A DNA stretch of 64,000 nucleotides from an uncultured delta proteobacterium (GCA_963828255.1 CAWHDZ010000003.1:96001-160000); one strand, 5' to 3'. Shown: positions 19,402 through 29,812, numbered from the stretch's first letter. A program made the numbers and translations. Notes: generated by a model from the letters alone, not told the origin.

Positions 19402-21795
19402 TCAGCGCCGGCCGCCGCCCGCCGGAGCGGCTCGCGCCGGCTGGGGTGCGGCTCGCTGGGGGGTGGGTCGCGCCTGCTGGGGTGCGGCTCGCTGCGGCGC
19501 GCTTCGCTGGCGCGCGGCCGCATCCTGGCCGAGACCGGCCGGAGCGCCCCCGCCTCGGGCTGGAGGTGTCGCCTGGCGGGTCGGCTGTCGGTTCGGCTGC
19601 CCGGTCGGTTGTCCAGGGGCTGGACGGGCCGTCTGGCCCTGGTTCTGCGGAGGGGGCCGCTGACCGGTTCCAGGGGCGGGCGTCGGCCGGTTGGCGTTCC
19701 CCGGCTGGGGCTGCGCGGGGCGCTGCGGCTCCCAGCCCTGCCTCGTGTTCCGGTCCCAGCTGCCCCGGTCGTTCTGGCGGTACACGTTTCCGTTCCGGTC
19801 ACCGAAGACGTTGTTGGGCCGGTCCACCGGCTGTGGCGTCGGCCGGGGGGCCTGTGCCACGGGACGCTCGGCGTTTCGCGGGCGGTTCTGCGCCTGGTTG
19901 TAGATGTTGCTTCCAGGGCGCTGGCCGGGCGGGGTGCCGGGACGGGCGCCGGCTGCCGGCGGCCGGGCGGGGGGGGGCCGGGCAGCTGGGGGCCGGGCGC
20001 CGGGCGGAAGGGGACGAACCCCCGGGGGGGGAGGGCGGAAGCCCGGCGGCGGCCGATGCCAGCCGTGACGCGTCGGCGGGACGATGAACACCGGACGGTA
20101 CACGACCGGGCCCCACCAGCCCGGCGGGCGGCGGCGGGGGCCGAACGCAGGGTGGAAGTGGATGCCGACCGTCATGAAGGGCGTCGCCGGACTGACCACG
20201 AACCCAAATCCCGTCCAGGGGTTGAAGACCACGCGGACGCCGAAGGTGGTGGGGCGCGCGAAGAAGACGGTGGGGCCGATCCAGGGGCGGTAGACGAACC
20301 CGGTGCCGAAGACGACCACGCCGCGATGGCGGTACACGCCGACGAAACCGGGAGTGTGCCCGACGAAGACGACCTGGGGCGTCGACCGGTACACGTAGAC
20401 GTACCGCGTGTGGTAGATGTGCACCGTGGGTGGAACCTGGTCGATGTGCGGTGGCCGCTGGTCGGCCACCGTGAAGGGGCCTTCCGCGGCGGGAGCCGTG
20501 TACCAGACCCCCTGATCGCACGCATAGTAACGGCCGGCGTCGAGCACCACCGCGTCGGGTGTGTTGATGGCGTAGGACAGCTCCGTTCCCTCGATCTTCT
20601 GGAACTGCGGAGGTCCGTCGTACGCGGCCTGGAACTGCTGGTCCCGCCTCACCTCGGCGGTCTGCGGGATGAAGGAGTCGGCGACCGCATCCGCGGCCTC
20701 CTCCGTGCCGGCCACGAACGTGCGGACGTCGCCGATGTCGGAGTCGGCCGGGATGTCCCGGAAGGGGCCCGGCAGCTCATCGGGCTGGACGTTCACCCAG
20801 GGTCCGTCGAGGGACGGGGCCCTGAACCAGCGCCCGGAGGCGAGCACGTACGTCTCGCCGGTCTGCACGTCCACGAGCACGTGGCTCTCGGTGTTCGCGA
20901 CGTAGAGCAGGTAGGCCTCGTCGCCCACCGGCCGGTACTGCGGGGCGCCCTCGAACACGAAGAGCTCGGTGGGCTCGGTGGCCACCACGATCCGGGGCGG
21001 CGAGGCGGGCTCGAGGATGCTCTTCTCGGCGGCCTGCTCCTCCGCGTCACCCTCCAGCTCGATGGGCGGCGGTGGATTCCGGTCGAAGAAGGCGCGAACC
21101 GCCGGTGAGGGCGCGGCCACCGGGGCAAACGGCCCCGTGGCGGCGGGGGCGTCGTACCAGAACTTCCCGCCCGACAGGTAGTAACGGCGGGTCGCCGGAT
21201 CGAACAGCACCAGCATGGGCGTGTTGACCACCCGCCGAAGCTCGGTCCCCTCGACCGGTCGCTCGATCGGGGCGCCGTCGAAGACGAGCAGGACCGCTGG
21301 ATCCTGGGAGAAGACCATCCGCGGCGGAGTGAAATTGAGCGCATCCGACGCCTGCATCTCCTTCTCGTTGACGGCGATGCTGGCCTGCAACTCGAGGATG
21401 GAAAGGTGCAGGTCCCAGGTGGGGATCTCCCGCTCGAGGATGGCCCGCCCCTGCTGCTCCTGCTCCTTGGTCAAATTTGCGAACCGGACCCGGACGACCT
21501 TCACCTGCTCGAGCCCGACGTCGCCCGCGACCTTGTCGATGGAGGCCCAGGCCTCCACCCAGACGACCCCGAAGGCGGGGGGCCGACCCTTCGGAGTCCA
21601 GGCGACGGCCGCCCGCGCGGCCAGCTTGTCCCCCTGGAAGCTCTCGATCTGGGGCTGGAAGATCTCGACCGAGCCATTCTCGACGCCGATGACGCGCGGC
21701 CAGGAGTTGGAGGAAGGGGGCACCTGCGGGTCGGGGGCCTGGGCGAATGCGGCTCCGACGAAGAGGAGGGCCAGGGCGGTGGACAGGCGTGTCAT
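19402..21795 (-). CDS. Large secreted protein (family often annotated carbohydrate-binding V/XII) with Pro/Gln/Arg-rich tail
   Basis: Signal peptide, WPR, FQPQIE, SGRWFRA, YYACDQGVWY, NNVFGDRNGNVY. Confidence 0.75.
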   Translation of the reverse strand: MTRLSTALALLFVGAAFAQAPDPQVPPSSNSWPRVIGVENGSVEIFQPQIESFQGDKLAARAAVAWTPKGRPPAFGVVWVEAWASIDKVAGDVGLEQVKVVRVRFANLTKEQEQQGRAILEREIPTWDLHLSILELQASIAVNEKEMQASDALNFTPPRMVFSQDPAVLLVFDGAPIERPVEGTELRRVVNTPMLVLFDPATRRYYLSGGKFWYDAPAATGPFAPVAAPSPAVRAFFDRNPPPPIELEGDAEEQAAEKSILEPASPPRIVVATEPTELFVFEGAPQYRPVGDEAYLLYVANTESHVLVDVQTGETYVLASGRWFRAPSLDGPWVNVQPDELPGPFRDIPADSDIGDVRTFVAGTEEAADAVADSFIPQTAEVRRDQQFQAAYDGPPQFQKIEGTELSYAINTPDAVVLDAGRYYACDQGVWYTAPAAEGPFTVADQRPPHIDQVPPTVHIYHTRYVYVYRSTPQVVFVGHTPGFVGVYRHRGVVVFGTGFVYRPWIGPTVFFARPTTFGVRVVFNPWTGFGFVVSPATPFMTVGIHFHPAFGPRRRPPGWWGPVVYRPVFIVPPTRHGWHRPPPGFRPPPPGVRPLPPGARPPAARPPPARPPAAGARPGTPPGQRPGSNIYNQAQNRPRNAERPVAQAPRPTPQPVDRPNNVFGDRNGNVYRQNDRGSWDRNTRQGWEPQRPAQPQPGNANRPTPAPGTGQRPPPQNQGQTARPAPGQPTGQPNRQPTRQATPPARGGGAPAGLGQDAAARQRSAPQRAAPQQARPTPQRAAPQPARAAPAGGGRR

Positions 21796-21925
21796 GGGGT
21801 ACCCGATGGCTGAGAGGACGGGGAAGGCAGGACGGCATCGTAGTCTAATCGTCGCATCCGGAACACGACATCTGGGATCATCACGGGGCGTGCAACGAGG
21901 GCGGGAGAGGATAGAATCCCCCGGA

Positions 21926-22918
21926 ATGGCACCGTGCTTCGGGCGATTCGTCGGCCTCCTCCTGCTGGTGGCCGCACCCGGGCGGGTGCTCGCGCAGGGC
22001 GAACCGGTCCCGGAACCGGCGGCGACCACCGGAGGCCCGGTGAGCCACCGCGAACTCGCCGGGCACCTGTTCGTCCCCTCCCACCTCGTCCAGGATCCCT
22101 TCTCCTACACGGGTGTGGGGCTGTTCTGGGGCGTGGGCGGCGGCGATGCCACCGGGCCCACGCTGGACCTGGGGCCGCCGCCCCGGATCGACTTCGTGAA
22201 CACTCGGTCCTACAGCTTCAATGGGCTCGGGATCGGCATGGCGCTGGAGGCGAGGGTCCTCGAGTGGATCTCGATCCACGGATCGGTGGATGCCACGGCC
22301 TACCTGGGCACGGGCAACCGCGCCCTGCTGGTCGTCGGTACCAGCGCCCAGATCACCGGGCTGGTCGGCCTGAAGGGAAGCCAGCGGCTCGGGGAGCACG
22401 TGCGCCTGGCGGTCATCCTGGACGCCCAGTACGGCCCGGTGTTCACGGCGCTCATCGCGCAGGGGCTCATCGACGCCGTGAACAGCGGCCAGATATCCCT
22501 CGATCAGTTCTACCAGGAGAACAAGGCACTCACCTGGATCCCCGCCCTTTCCGGCGCATACGCGCCGTTTCCCTTCCTGGGCGTCACCATGAACGTCCGG
22601 CTGCTCTTCCCCGACGGGTCGGGGAACGCCCAGTTCGCCTCGAGCGGGATCGCCTTCGCCGGCATGATCGACCTGGACCTCCGCTCCCTCGTGCCGTTCG
22701 TGCCCATCGGGTTGAGCGGCGTCTATTCTCTCCTCACGCCCCTCGGAGGCGCGCTGGCGACGACGCAGAACTTCGGCCTCGGCGTCTACTACACGGGGGT
22801 TCCGGAACTCGCGGCCGGGATCGAGATCGACTGGCGGCTGGGGCGGATTGCCAGCCAGCACGTGTCGAATTTCACCTCCGCCTGGGTCAACCTCCGCTAC
22901 TACTGGAACGGCAAATGA
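21926..22918 (+). CDS. Hypothetical outer-membrane protein
   Basis: Signal peptide, H.F.PS..V.DPF, C-terminal LRYYW; TAGAAT just upstream. Confidence 0.7.
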   Translation: MAPCFGRFVGLLLLVAAPGRVLAQGEPVPEPAATTGGPVSHRELAGHLFVPSHLVQDPFSYTGVGLFWGVGGGDATGPTLDLGPPPRIDFVNTRSYSFNGLGIGMALEARVLEWISIHGSVDATAYLGTGNRALLVVGTSAQITGLVGLKGSQRLGEHVRLAVILDAQYGPVFTALIAQGLIDAVNSGQISLDQFYQENKALTWIPALSGAYAPFPFLGVTMNVRLLFPDGSGNAQFASSGIAFAGMIDLDLRSLVPFVPIGLSGVYSLLTPLGGALATTQNFGLGVYYTGVPELAAGIEIDWRLGRIASQHVSNFTSAWVNLRYYWNGK

Positions 22919-23367
22919 GCTACGAGGACCTGGGCCCCAACGAGAAGATGGCCTCGCTGCGAACGAGCCTCTCCGTACAGCGCACTCGCATGTCGGCCGA
23001 GCGGACCCTCATGGCCACCATGCGCACGTCCCTCTCGCTCATCGGCTTCGGCTTCACGATCTTCACCTTCTTCCAGAGGATCTCGGACGGGCCGGTGGGC
23101 TCGGGCATCATCCCGGCCCGGGCTCCGGCGCGCTTCGGCCTGGCCCTCGTCTTCATCGGCGTCCTCGTCCTCCTCGCCGGGACGCTCTTCCACTACCAGT
23201 ACTTGGTGCAGCTTCGCCGGCAGAGGAAGGAGTTGATCGAGCGGGGCTTCCTGCCGGGCACGAGCGCCTTCCCCGTTTCCATGTCGCTCGTCACCTCCTT
23301 CCTGCTCCTGCTGGTGGGGCTGGCGGCGGCCTTGAGCATCATGCTCCGGGTGGGACCGTTCAGCTGA
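22915..23367 (+). CDS. DUF202/YidH family membrane protein
   Basis: RTRMSAERTLMATMRTSLSLIGFGFTI; ATGA overlap with the upstream gene. Confidence 0.88.
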   Translation: MSYEDLGPNEKMASLRTSLSVQRTRMSAERTLMATMRTSLSLIGFGFTIFTFFQRISDGPVGSGIIPARAPARFGLALVFIGVLVLLAGTLFHYQYLVQLRRQRKELIERGFLPGTSAFPVSMSLVTSFLLLLVGLAAALSIMLRVGPFS

Positions 23368-23386
23368 CCCTTCCCGGAGATCGACC

Positions 23387-24262
23387 GTGGATCCTGCAAC
23401 CCTCCTGAAACTCGTGCTGGTCCTCGGCGTGGTGCTGCTCGTGCTGGCGATCGGGCTGCGGGCGCGGCCGGACGACACGTTGATGCTGGTGCGGCGGCCG
23501 GACCTCGCCGGCCGGGCACTGGTGGCGATGTTCGTCCTCCAGCCGGCCTTCGTGCTCCTCCTCGTTTGGGCCCTCGATCTCCACGAGGGCGTAGGCGCCG
23601 CGCTGCTGGGATTCGCGGTGGCCCCGGTACTGCCGCCGTGGGCCAAGAAGGGGTACGCGCTGGGCGCATCGTCCGACTACGTGCTCGGGCTCGAGGTCCT
23701 GGCGACGGTCGCCTCCATCTTCGTCGTGCCGGTCATGATCTGGATGGTGAACGGGGTGTTCGGGGTGCACACAGCCCGGGACCCGTGGTCGGTCGAGTTG
23801 ATGCTGCTCGTCACCATCGGCCTGCCTCTGGGTGTCGGCATGGGCCTGGCGCGGTTCCGGGCGAGTTCCGCGCCGCGCCGCGCCTTCCTCGCCGACCGGG
23901 CCGGCACCGCGCTCCTCGTGCTCGGCGGGGTGGTCCTGCTCGTGGCCCGGTGGAGGAACATCTGGGACGTCACCGGACGTGGAACCATCGTCATCAGCGT
24001 GCTGATCATATGCTTCGGGCTGCTGGTCGGTCACCTCCTCGGGGGGCCCGATCCACGCAAGCGCGGCGCGCTCGCGTCGGCGAATGTGTCGAGGCACCCC
24101 GGTGTCGCGCTCCTCCTCGCCTCGAGCGCGCTCCCGGAGCACGTGCCGGCGGTGACCGGCGCGGTCCTGCTCTACCTCATCGCCAGCATGGTCGTGCCGA
24201 TTCCCTACGAGCGCTGGCTCAAGCGGACGGCGGCCGGGGGCGACCCACAGGCCGCCCCATAG
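23387..24262 (+). CDS. Bile acid:sodium symporter (BASS)-like transporter
   Basis: Multi-TM; GHLLGGP...GALASA..SRHPGVAL. Confidence 0.8.
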   Translation: MDPATLLKLVLVLGVVLLVLAIGLRARPDDTLMLVRRPDLAGRALVAMFVLQPAFVLLLVWALDLHEGVGAALLGFAVAPVLPPWAKKGYALGASSDYVLGLEVLATVASIFVVPVMIWMVNGVFGVHTARDPWSVELMLLVTIGLPLGVGMGLARFRASSAPRRAFLADRAGTALLVLGGVVLLVARWRNIWDVTGRGTIVISVLIICFGLLVGHLLGGPDPRKRGALASANVSRHPGVALLLASSALPEHVPAVTGAVLLYLIASMVVPIPYERWLKRTAAGGDPQAAP

Positions 24263-24304
24263 CTCTCGCGCGCCAAGGGTCGGCGCGTCAACTTCACCGT
24301 CTGT

Positions 24305-24667
24305 TCAATCGGAGGAATGGGGAACCCCCGCCCCGGCCTCGCCCGCCATTTCCCGCGCCAGGAAGTAGTTGAGGCCCGTCCGGATGACGGCGATGGCGCC
24401 GAGCTTCCCGATCTGGTCCCAGGAGGGCGCGATTGCGGTGGAAAGGATGTCCGCCGCGAGCTGGAACTCGAGGGCGAGCGACAGGTAGCGGGCGAGCGTC
24501 AGACGCACCAAGCCGAAGGATTGCTCGCCGGGACCGGTGAGCCCTGAGGCAAGACCAACGATCCCCCGCACCCCGCCGATCGCGACGATGGCAGCCCCGA
24601 CCGCCTCGAGCCCCAGGCGGAGCCACTGCACCGCCGCGAATACACCTTGCTCCACGGTTCCGAACAC
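24305..24667 (-). CDS. DUF1622 membrane protein
   Basis: LALEFQLAADILSTAIAPSW..IG.L.AIA.IRT.LNYFL. Confidence 0.9.
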   Translation of the reverse strand: MFGTVEQGVFAAVQWLRLGLEAVGAAIVAIGGVRGIVGLASGLTGPGEQSFGLVRLTLARYLSLALEFQLAADILSTAIAPSWDQIGKLGAIAVIRTGLNYFLAREMAGEAGAGVPHSSD

Positions 24668-24785
24668 GGCGCGAAGCGTAGCATGCGCTGGGGCCGCCGC
24701 TGCGGGAAATGGAACTCGGGGCTAGACGTTGCGCCCTCGGCTGTAGCCCGGCCGACTCCAGCCCCAGGAACGTCCCACGCGACAC

Positions 24786-24947
24786 GCCCTCGTCCTGCTC
24801 CTTTCCGTGCTCCCCGCGGCGCAGTCCCGCGCAGGCACCGTAGTCGACAAGGCAGATCCCATGATCGACGTCGTCACTGGGCGCGGGGTGGAACGTCCGC
24901 AAATCACGATCACCGACGGCCGCATCTTCGCGATTGGCGCACAGGGT
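24786..24947 (+). pseudogene. N-terminal fragment of an amidohydrolase (Xaa-Pro dipeptidase-like)
   Basis: Signal-like stretch, then AD.MIDVVTGR.VERPQITITDGRI.AIG; the metal-binding HxH motif and the rest of the protein are missing. Confidence 0.55.
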
Positions 24948-25040
24948 GCCTGTGGTCAGTCATTCTTCCTCCGCCAGAGTGAGTGCCCGGTGGACAGATG
25001 GGCGGCCATTACGTCACCCTTCACCTGCGGGACGAGCAAT

Positions 25041-26231
25041 TTAGAAGTTCTGGCCGAGGCCGAAGTACATCAAGGCGCCGGACTTCCCCACGGCCACCGT
25101 CAGGCGCACCCGGATTTCCTGTTCCTCCATCACCTTGTAGGTGACGCTCCCCCACCCGCTCGGGAGCCAGGGCTGGGACCAGAACTCGCCGAAGGTGGGG
25201 AAGACCTTCCCGGCACCCAGGCCGCCCTCGAGGCCGAGTCGCCACCAGAAGAGCCACCGGACCTCGGCCTGGGCGCCCAGCATCATCTTGTCCATGAATT
25301 CGCCCGCCGGGTACCCGGGGATGGTTCCGCGCGAACCGTAGTTCGCGTAACTCGCGAGCGGCAGGGCGCCGAACCCGAACTGGCCTAGGACCATGTAGGC
25401 AAGGACCACGCGTCTCCCTTCACCGAGCGGGAAGTACTGGGCAAACGTCGGCACGACCACAAGGTACTGTTGGTCGCTCTTCAGGCTCCCGTTCATGCGA
25501 AAGCCGAAGTCGAGACCGGACGACGCGAAGTACTGGTCGTTCCGGGTGTCGTACTGCGCGGCGATACCCAGGTTCAGCTGGCCGCTCCACTCGTTTCCGG
25601 CGCCGAGCGAGTCTAGAACCGCCTGGCCGACGGGGTCGGTAGCCTTGGCGCGGAAGGCCGTGTAGCCCACGATGACGCCGGCGTACAGGTGGCGCACGCC
25701 GACCTCGCGCAGCACCTGGGCGAACGCAATGGCGCCCGCCTGGCGGAAGTCGAACAGGGCGTTCGCGGTTGGGTTGCCGCCGATGCCGTGGAACTCCCGG
25801 TACAGGTCGAAGTAGCCTGCGGCGAGCACGACGCGCCAACGGTCCTGGTCGAGGAAGAGGCGAGCCGCCACTCCAAGTCCCCAACTGTAGCGCGTGCTCG
25901 CCTCGCCGAGTGGCGGCAGGACCGAGTACATCCCGGCCAGCGTGGCGAGCGAGGGGGGCGAGACGGCGTCCGTGGCCGAGGCCCGGAACATGAGCATCGG
26001 GATGACCATCACCCCGAGTCCCTGGTTCGGGTTGAAGAAGGGACCCGGAACCACCGCGAAGTTGGGCCCGCTCGATCCTGCGGGCGACGCATCCCCTGCG
26101 GCCCCCTTGTCCACGTCCCCAGGCGGCAGCGCGACCACAGCTTCTGCAGCCTCTCCCTGCGCTTCAGCGCCGAAGGTGCCGACGGGCCCGAGCGACAACG
26201 CGGTCGCGACGGCCCAGAGCGTTTGCCTCAT
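25041..26231 (-). CDS. BamA/TamA (Omp85)-like outer-membrane barrel without POTRA domains
   Basis: Signal peptide, P.PFFNP..G.G, YDTRND..F..SG, QAEVRW, C-terminal GQNF. Confidence 0.75.
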   Translation of the reverse strand: MRQTLWAVATALSLGPVGTFGAEAQGEAAEAVVALPPGDVDKGAAGDASPAGSSGPNFAVVPGPFFNPNQGLGVMVIPMLMFRASATDAVSPPSLATLAGMYSVLPPLGEASTRYSWGLGVAARLFLDQDRWRVVLAAGYFDLYREFHGIGGNPTANALFDFRQAGAIAFAQVLREVGVRHLYAGVIVGYTAFRAKATDPVGQAVLDSLGAGNEWSGQLNLGIAAQYDTRNDQYFASSGLDFGFRMNGSLKSDQQYLVVVPTFAQYFPLGEGRRVVLAYMVLGQFGFGALPLASYANYGSRGTIPGYPAGEFMDKMMLGAQAEVRWLFWWRLGLEGGLGAGKVFPTFGEFWSQPWLPSGWGSVTYKVMEEQEIRVRLTVAVGKSGALMYFGLGQNF

Positions 26232-26734
26232 CCTTCCCCTTGAGCGTTGGCGCCACCAGCGAAGGAAATCGACGCCGACGTCAATGAATGATTACCATGG
26301 CTGCCCCACGCCATGGGTTGCGCAGCCCCTCGGGCGGCGGGGCGGTCGCGTACGGCTTCCGCTCGCTCACTGGGCAGTGCACGCCATCGCCAGGCCGAAA
26401 GTACGGTACCGGCATGAGGGAGCCCAGCGCAGGAGAGGGGAGTGGGCGCGCCGTAGGCCGGCGCGCGGGGGTGACGCAACCCCAACGTGGAGACGATCAC
26501 GACGAAGCGCGGGAAATCGGTCGCGCCGAGCGCGATCGATGGGATGGTCTCCCGAATTGACCTCCTCGACTGCCAGGCGCTTCTAGCTCGCGAGGAGCCG
26601 GAGGTGCTTCGGAGGTCCACGGACTCCCCGAACCCACTGGTAGCGGAGGCCGTCACACCGACAGGACGGGCGATCGGCGCTCTGTGTTAAAGCTACCCGC
26701 GTCCCTGCTCGGAACGGGGCGGCGGAGGCTCCCC

Positions 26735-28417
26735 ATGCGAACCATCGCGCCGATCGTCGACTGGCTCCCCGCGTACCGACGCGCGTGGCTCTCGCGCGAC
26801 CTGGTGGCGGGCGCCGCCGCCTGGGCCGTGCTGGTGCCGCTGGGGCTCGCCTACGCCGGGATCCTCGGCGTCGACCCGGTGATCGGCCTGTACTCGCTCC
26901 CGCTGCCGCTCGTCGCCTACGCCGTGTTCGGCGGCTCCCGCCTCTTCGTCGTGGGGCCCGACGCCGCCGTGGTCGTGCTTGCCTCGGCGACGCTGGCCGC
27001 CGTCGCTGGGGGGGGAGACCGCCTCTCCCTGATCTTCCCCCTGACGCTCCTCGTCGGCGCGCTGTACCTGGTGTTCTTCCTGCTCAAGGTCGGATGGATC
27101 GCGGACGTCGTACCGGATCCCGTCCTGAAGGGATTCGTGGAGGGCGCCATCTGGATCACCATCGTCAAGCAGATCCCGGCGCTGCTGGGGCTCCAGGTCG
27201 AGCTGCCGTCCGGCGGCTTCCTGGACAAGCTTGTCGCGATCGGGCGGGCCCTCCCGGAGACGCACGGAACGACCGCCGTCGTCGCACTGTCGAGCGTGGC
27301 GGCGCTCTGGCTGCTCCGGCGCTTCGTGCGCCGGCTACCCGGACCGCTCGTCGTGCTGGCGGTGTCGGTCGTGCTCGTTCGGCTTCTCGGCCTCGACCGC
27401 GCAGGAGTTGCCGTCGTCGGCGACGCAGGAGCGGAAGCACCACGCCTCGGGTTGCCCACGGCCCTGGACCTCGGCAAGCTCGTCGACCTCGTCCCGGGTG
27501 CCCTGGCGATCGTCGTCCTCGGGTATACGAAGAGCCTGGGGGCCCTCCGGAAGGCGCACGAGAAGGACCCGAAGGGCGGGCCGATGGACCCCGACCAGGA
27601 ACTGCTCGCCCTGGGCGCCGCCAACCTCGCCGCCAGCCTGGGTGGCGGCTACGTGGTCGCCGGCTCGCTCACCGCCACGGCCGTCCGCATCGACGCGGGT
27701 GGCCGGACGCAGGTCGCGAGCCTCTTCGCCGCCCTGCTCGCCGCTCTCACGGCACTCCTGCTGCTGCCCCTCCTTGCACTCCTCCCGTACGCCACGCTCG
27801 CCGCCATCGTGGTCGTGGCCTTGGCCGGACTGTCGGACCCGGGCTACCTGCGCCGCCTATGGAAGGTCCGCCGCTACGAGTTCGCGGTGTGCCTCGCCGC
27901 CTTCGGCGGCGTCCTCGTGTTCGACATCATGCCCGGCGTGGTGATCGGTCTCGTCCTCGCCCTCTTCAAGCTCGCCCACGACATCCACGATCCGGTCGTT
28001 GCCGTGGTCGGGCGCAATCCGTCGGGCGCGTTCGTCGATCTCGACCAGAGGGGGAAGGCGGCCGAGATCCCGGGGATGCTCATCCTCCGGTGCTACGCCC
28101 CGCTCGTGTTCCTCAACGCGCGAGTGCTGACGAACCGGATGAAGAGCCTTGCCCTGGCGCGCGAGGGCCTGCAGGTCGTGGCGATCGATGCGACGGCATC
28201 GTCGGGGATCGACAGCACCGCCGCCGACGCGTTCCAGATCGCGCGGAACGAGCTCGCGGCGGCGGGAATCGCGCTGTGGCTCGTGAACGTCCGTGAGGAA
28301 GGCTGGAGGCTGGTGGTGGCCGCCCTGGAGGCGGCGGAAGCCCCGGTCCCGCCGACGTTCGAGTCGCTCGACGAGGCGGTGGCCCTGTTCGAGAAGTCCG
28401 GCGTCTCGGGCAGTTGA
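26735..28417 (+). CDS. SulP family anion transporter with STAS domain (second copy)
   Basis: WL..YRRAWL.RDLVAG, GLAYA, VGPD, QEL.ALG.AN, APLVFLNA. Confidence 0.9.
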   Translation: MRTIAPIVDWLPAYRRAWLSRDLVAGAAAWAVLVPLGLAYAGILGVDPVIGLYSLPLPLVAYAVFGGSRLFVVGPDAAVVVLASATLAAVAGGGDRLSLIFPLTLLVGALYLVFFLLKVGWIADVVPDPVLKGFVEGAIWITIVKQIPALLGLQVELPSGGFLDKLVAIGRALPETHGTTAVVALSSVAALWLLRRFVRRLPGPLVVLAVSVVLVRLLGLDRAGVAVVGDAGAEAPRLGLPTALDLGKLVDLVPGALAIVVLGYTKSLGALRKAHEKDPKGGPMDPDQELLALGAANLAASLGGGYVVAGSLTATAVRIDAGGRTQVASLFAALLAALTALLLLPLLALLPYATLAAIVVVALAGLSDPGYLRRLWKVRRYEFAVCLAAFGGVLVFDIMPGVVIGLVLALFKLAHDIHDPVVAVVGRNPSGAFVDLDQRGKAAEIPGMLILRCYAPLVFLNARVLTNRMKSLALAREGLQVVAIDATASSGIDSTAADAFQIARNELAAAGIALWLVNVREEGWRLVVAALEAAEAPVPPTFESLDEAVALFEKSGVSGS

Positions 28418-28892
28418 CCACGTGGCGGGGGAGCCTGCGAAGCGGATCGCCGCCGGTGGTTCTCCACGCGCAGCCTGCGTCGGTTGGGTTCTCGGCGCGC
28501 GGTCGCGCGCGCATCGCCCGCGGCGACTCTCGCGGCGGCCATCGATCCGCGACCTAATGGGGCTCCCCTCCCTCTTCGAGGCCATCGGCCTGGAGGCCGA
28601 GCCGGTCGCGAGGTGGATGGCGGAAGCTCGCGCCGCGCTCGGGCCTCCCGCCGTGCCCGAGTACGACGCAACGAGCGGCGGTGGGGGCGGCGGAGGAGAG
28701 CCGCGCGACCAGTGATGCCGCCTGCCATGGACGGCCCAGCCCTCGGCGATCCGTTCCTGCGCAGATGACAACGTTACGTTTACATTGGCGCCGCTCCGGC
28801 CAAACGGAGCCATCGAAAGGTTCTCGGGGGACCCCGACGTCACCATCGACTGTAGCGCCAGAGTCTCCCCGGCCAACGAGGGGCGCAAATGG

Positions 28893-28929
28893 TTGCGCGC
28901 CCCAGGGCGACCGAGATACATTGTCTCTC
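28893..28929 (+). promoter_or_regulatory. Putative promoter and operator of dinJ-yafQ
   Basis: TTGCGC-18 nt-TACATT; imperfect palindrome GAGATACA-T-TGTCTCTC (28913-28929) abutting the ATG. Confidence 0.6.
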
Positions 28930-29196
28930 ATGGCCGCCACCACCACCATGGTTCATGTCCGGTTGAACGAGAAGGTCAAGGCGCGTGCCGAGAAGGCCCT
29001 CGGCGCCATGGGCCTCACCGTCTCCGATGCCGTCCGGGTCCTCCTCACTCGCGTCGCCGCGGAACAGGCGCTCCCTTTCGAAGTCAAGGTGCCCAACGCC
29101 AAGACCCGGGCGGCCATGGCGGAGGCGCGTCGAGGCGGGCTCAAGCGGTTCGCCTCCGTTGGCGACCTCATGGCCGACCTCAATGCGGACGATTGA
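28930..29196 (+). CDS. dinJ: RelB/DinJ family antitoxin
   Basis: VHVRL...K..A..AL.AMGLTVSDAVR..LTRVA.E.ALPF...VPNA.T..AM.EAR. Confidence 0.92.
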   Translation: MAATTTMVHVRLNEKVKARAEKALGAMGLTVSDAVRVLLTRVAAEQALPFEVKVPNAKTRAAMAEARRGGLKRFASVGDLMADLNADD

Positions 29197-29464
29197 GCGG
29201 ACCAAGGCGTTCCACCGAGACTGGAAGAAGGTCGGCTCCGGAGTCCACGGCAAGCGGGCGAGCGGCCTGCTTCAGGCCGTAGTTGCGCTGCTGGTGGAGG
29301 ACCGCCCTCTCCCCACCTCCAAACATGACCACCAACTCACCGGCGAGTGGGCCGACCACCGAGAATGCCACCTACGGCCAGACCTCCTGCTCATCTACCG
29401 GAAGCCGAACCCGGCGACCCTCCAGCTCGTCCGCCTCGGCTCGCATAGCGAGCTGTTCGGGTAG
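29183..29464 (+). CDS. yafQ: YafQ family mRNA interferase toxin
   Basis: DH.LTGEWADHRECHLRPDLLLIY...L.LVRLGSHSELF. Confidence 0.93.
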   Translation: MRTIERTKAFHRDWKKVGSGVHGKRASGLLQAVVALLVEDRPLPTSKHDHQLTGEWADHRECHLRPDLLLIYRKPNPATLQLVRLGSHSELFG

Positions 29465-29629
29465 CGCTCCCCGCGCCAGGGCCGTCGCCGGAATCCGGAT
29501 GGAGTTCGAGACCCTCAAAGTGGGCAACGCCCCGGCCTGGACCAGGCGGTACACCGTGGCCCGCGACACCCGGAGCCGGGCCGCAACTTCACGGACGGTC
29601 AGCAGCGGCCCCGCGGTGTCCCGCACCAC
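29372..29629 (-). CDS. Excisionase-like HTH (HTH_17/MerR-like) protein or domain
   Basis: LLTVREVAARLRVSRATVYRLVQAGALPTLRVSNSIRIP; start uncertain, tail runs antisense into yafQ. Confidence 0.75.
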   Translation of the reverse strand: MVRDTAGPLLTVREVAARLRVSRATVYRLVQAGALPTLRVSNSIRIPATALARGALPEQLAMRAEADELEGRRVRLPVDEQEVWP

Positions 29630-29642
29630 TAATGCACCAAAC
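29621..29642 (+). repeat. Putative integrase arm-type repeat, copy C
   Basis: 22/22 identical to 81-102. Confidence 0.75.
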
Positions 29643-29767
29643 GGCGTCGCAACCGGTGGAAGCGGTGCCACCGTATGCGAACCCGCGCCACCTGCGACCC
29701 CAGTGTTGTCCACGGGATACGAAGCCAGGTGACCCGGTACCATGCCGTGCGGATCGGCATTCGGCCC

Positions 29768-29812
29768 TTCGGGACCAAGGGGTCGCAGGTTCAAATCCTG
29801 TCTCCCCGACCA
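29768..29812 (+). mobile_element. att site: 3' half of tRNA-Pro(CGG), anticodon loop to CCA
   Basis: TTCGGGACCAAGGGGTCGCAGGTTCAAATCCTGTCTCCCCGACCA; T-arm and CCA present, D-arm and 5' acceptor strand absent. Confidence 0.9.

Noticed and set aside
19430..20035. G8/G9 runs and short repeats as phase-variation tracts
   Set aside because: In frame; they encode the Pro-rich low-complexity tail.
26420..26495. Integron attC-like sequence (GCGCGCCGTAGGCCGGCGCGC...CCCAACGTGGAGAC)
   Set aside because: No paired RYYYAAC/GTTRRRY ends, single copy, and no intI seen.
29740..29812. Intact tRNA-Pro gene
   Set aside because: Homology begins only at the anticodon loop; there is no D-arm or 5' acceptor strand, so it is an att fragment.
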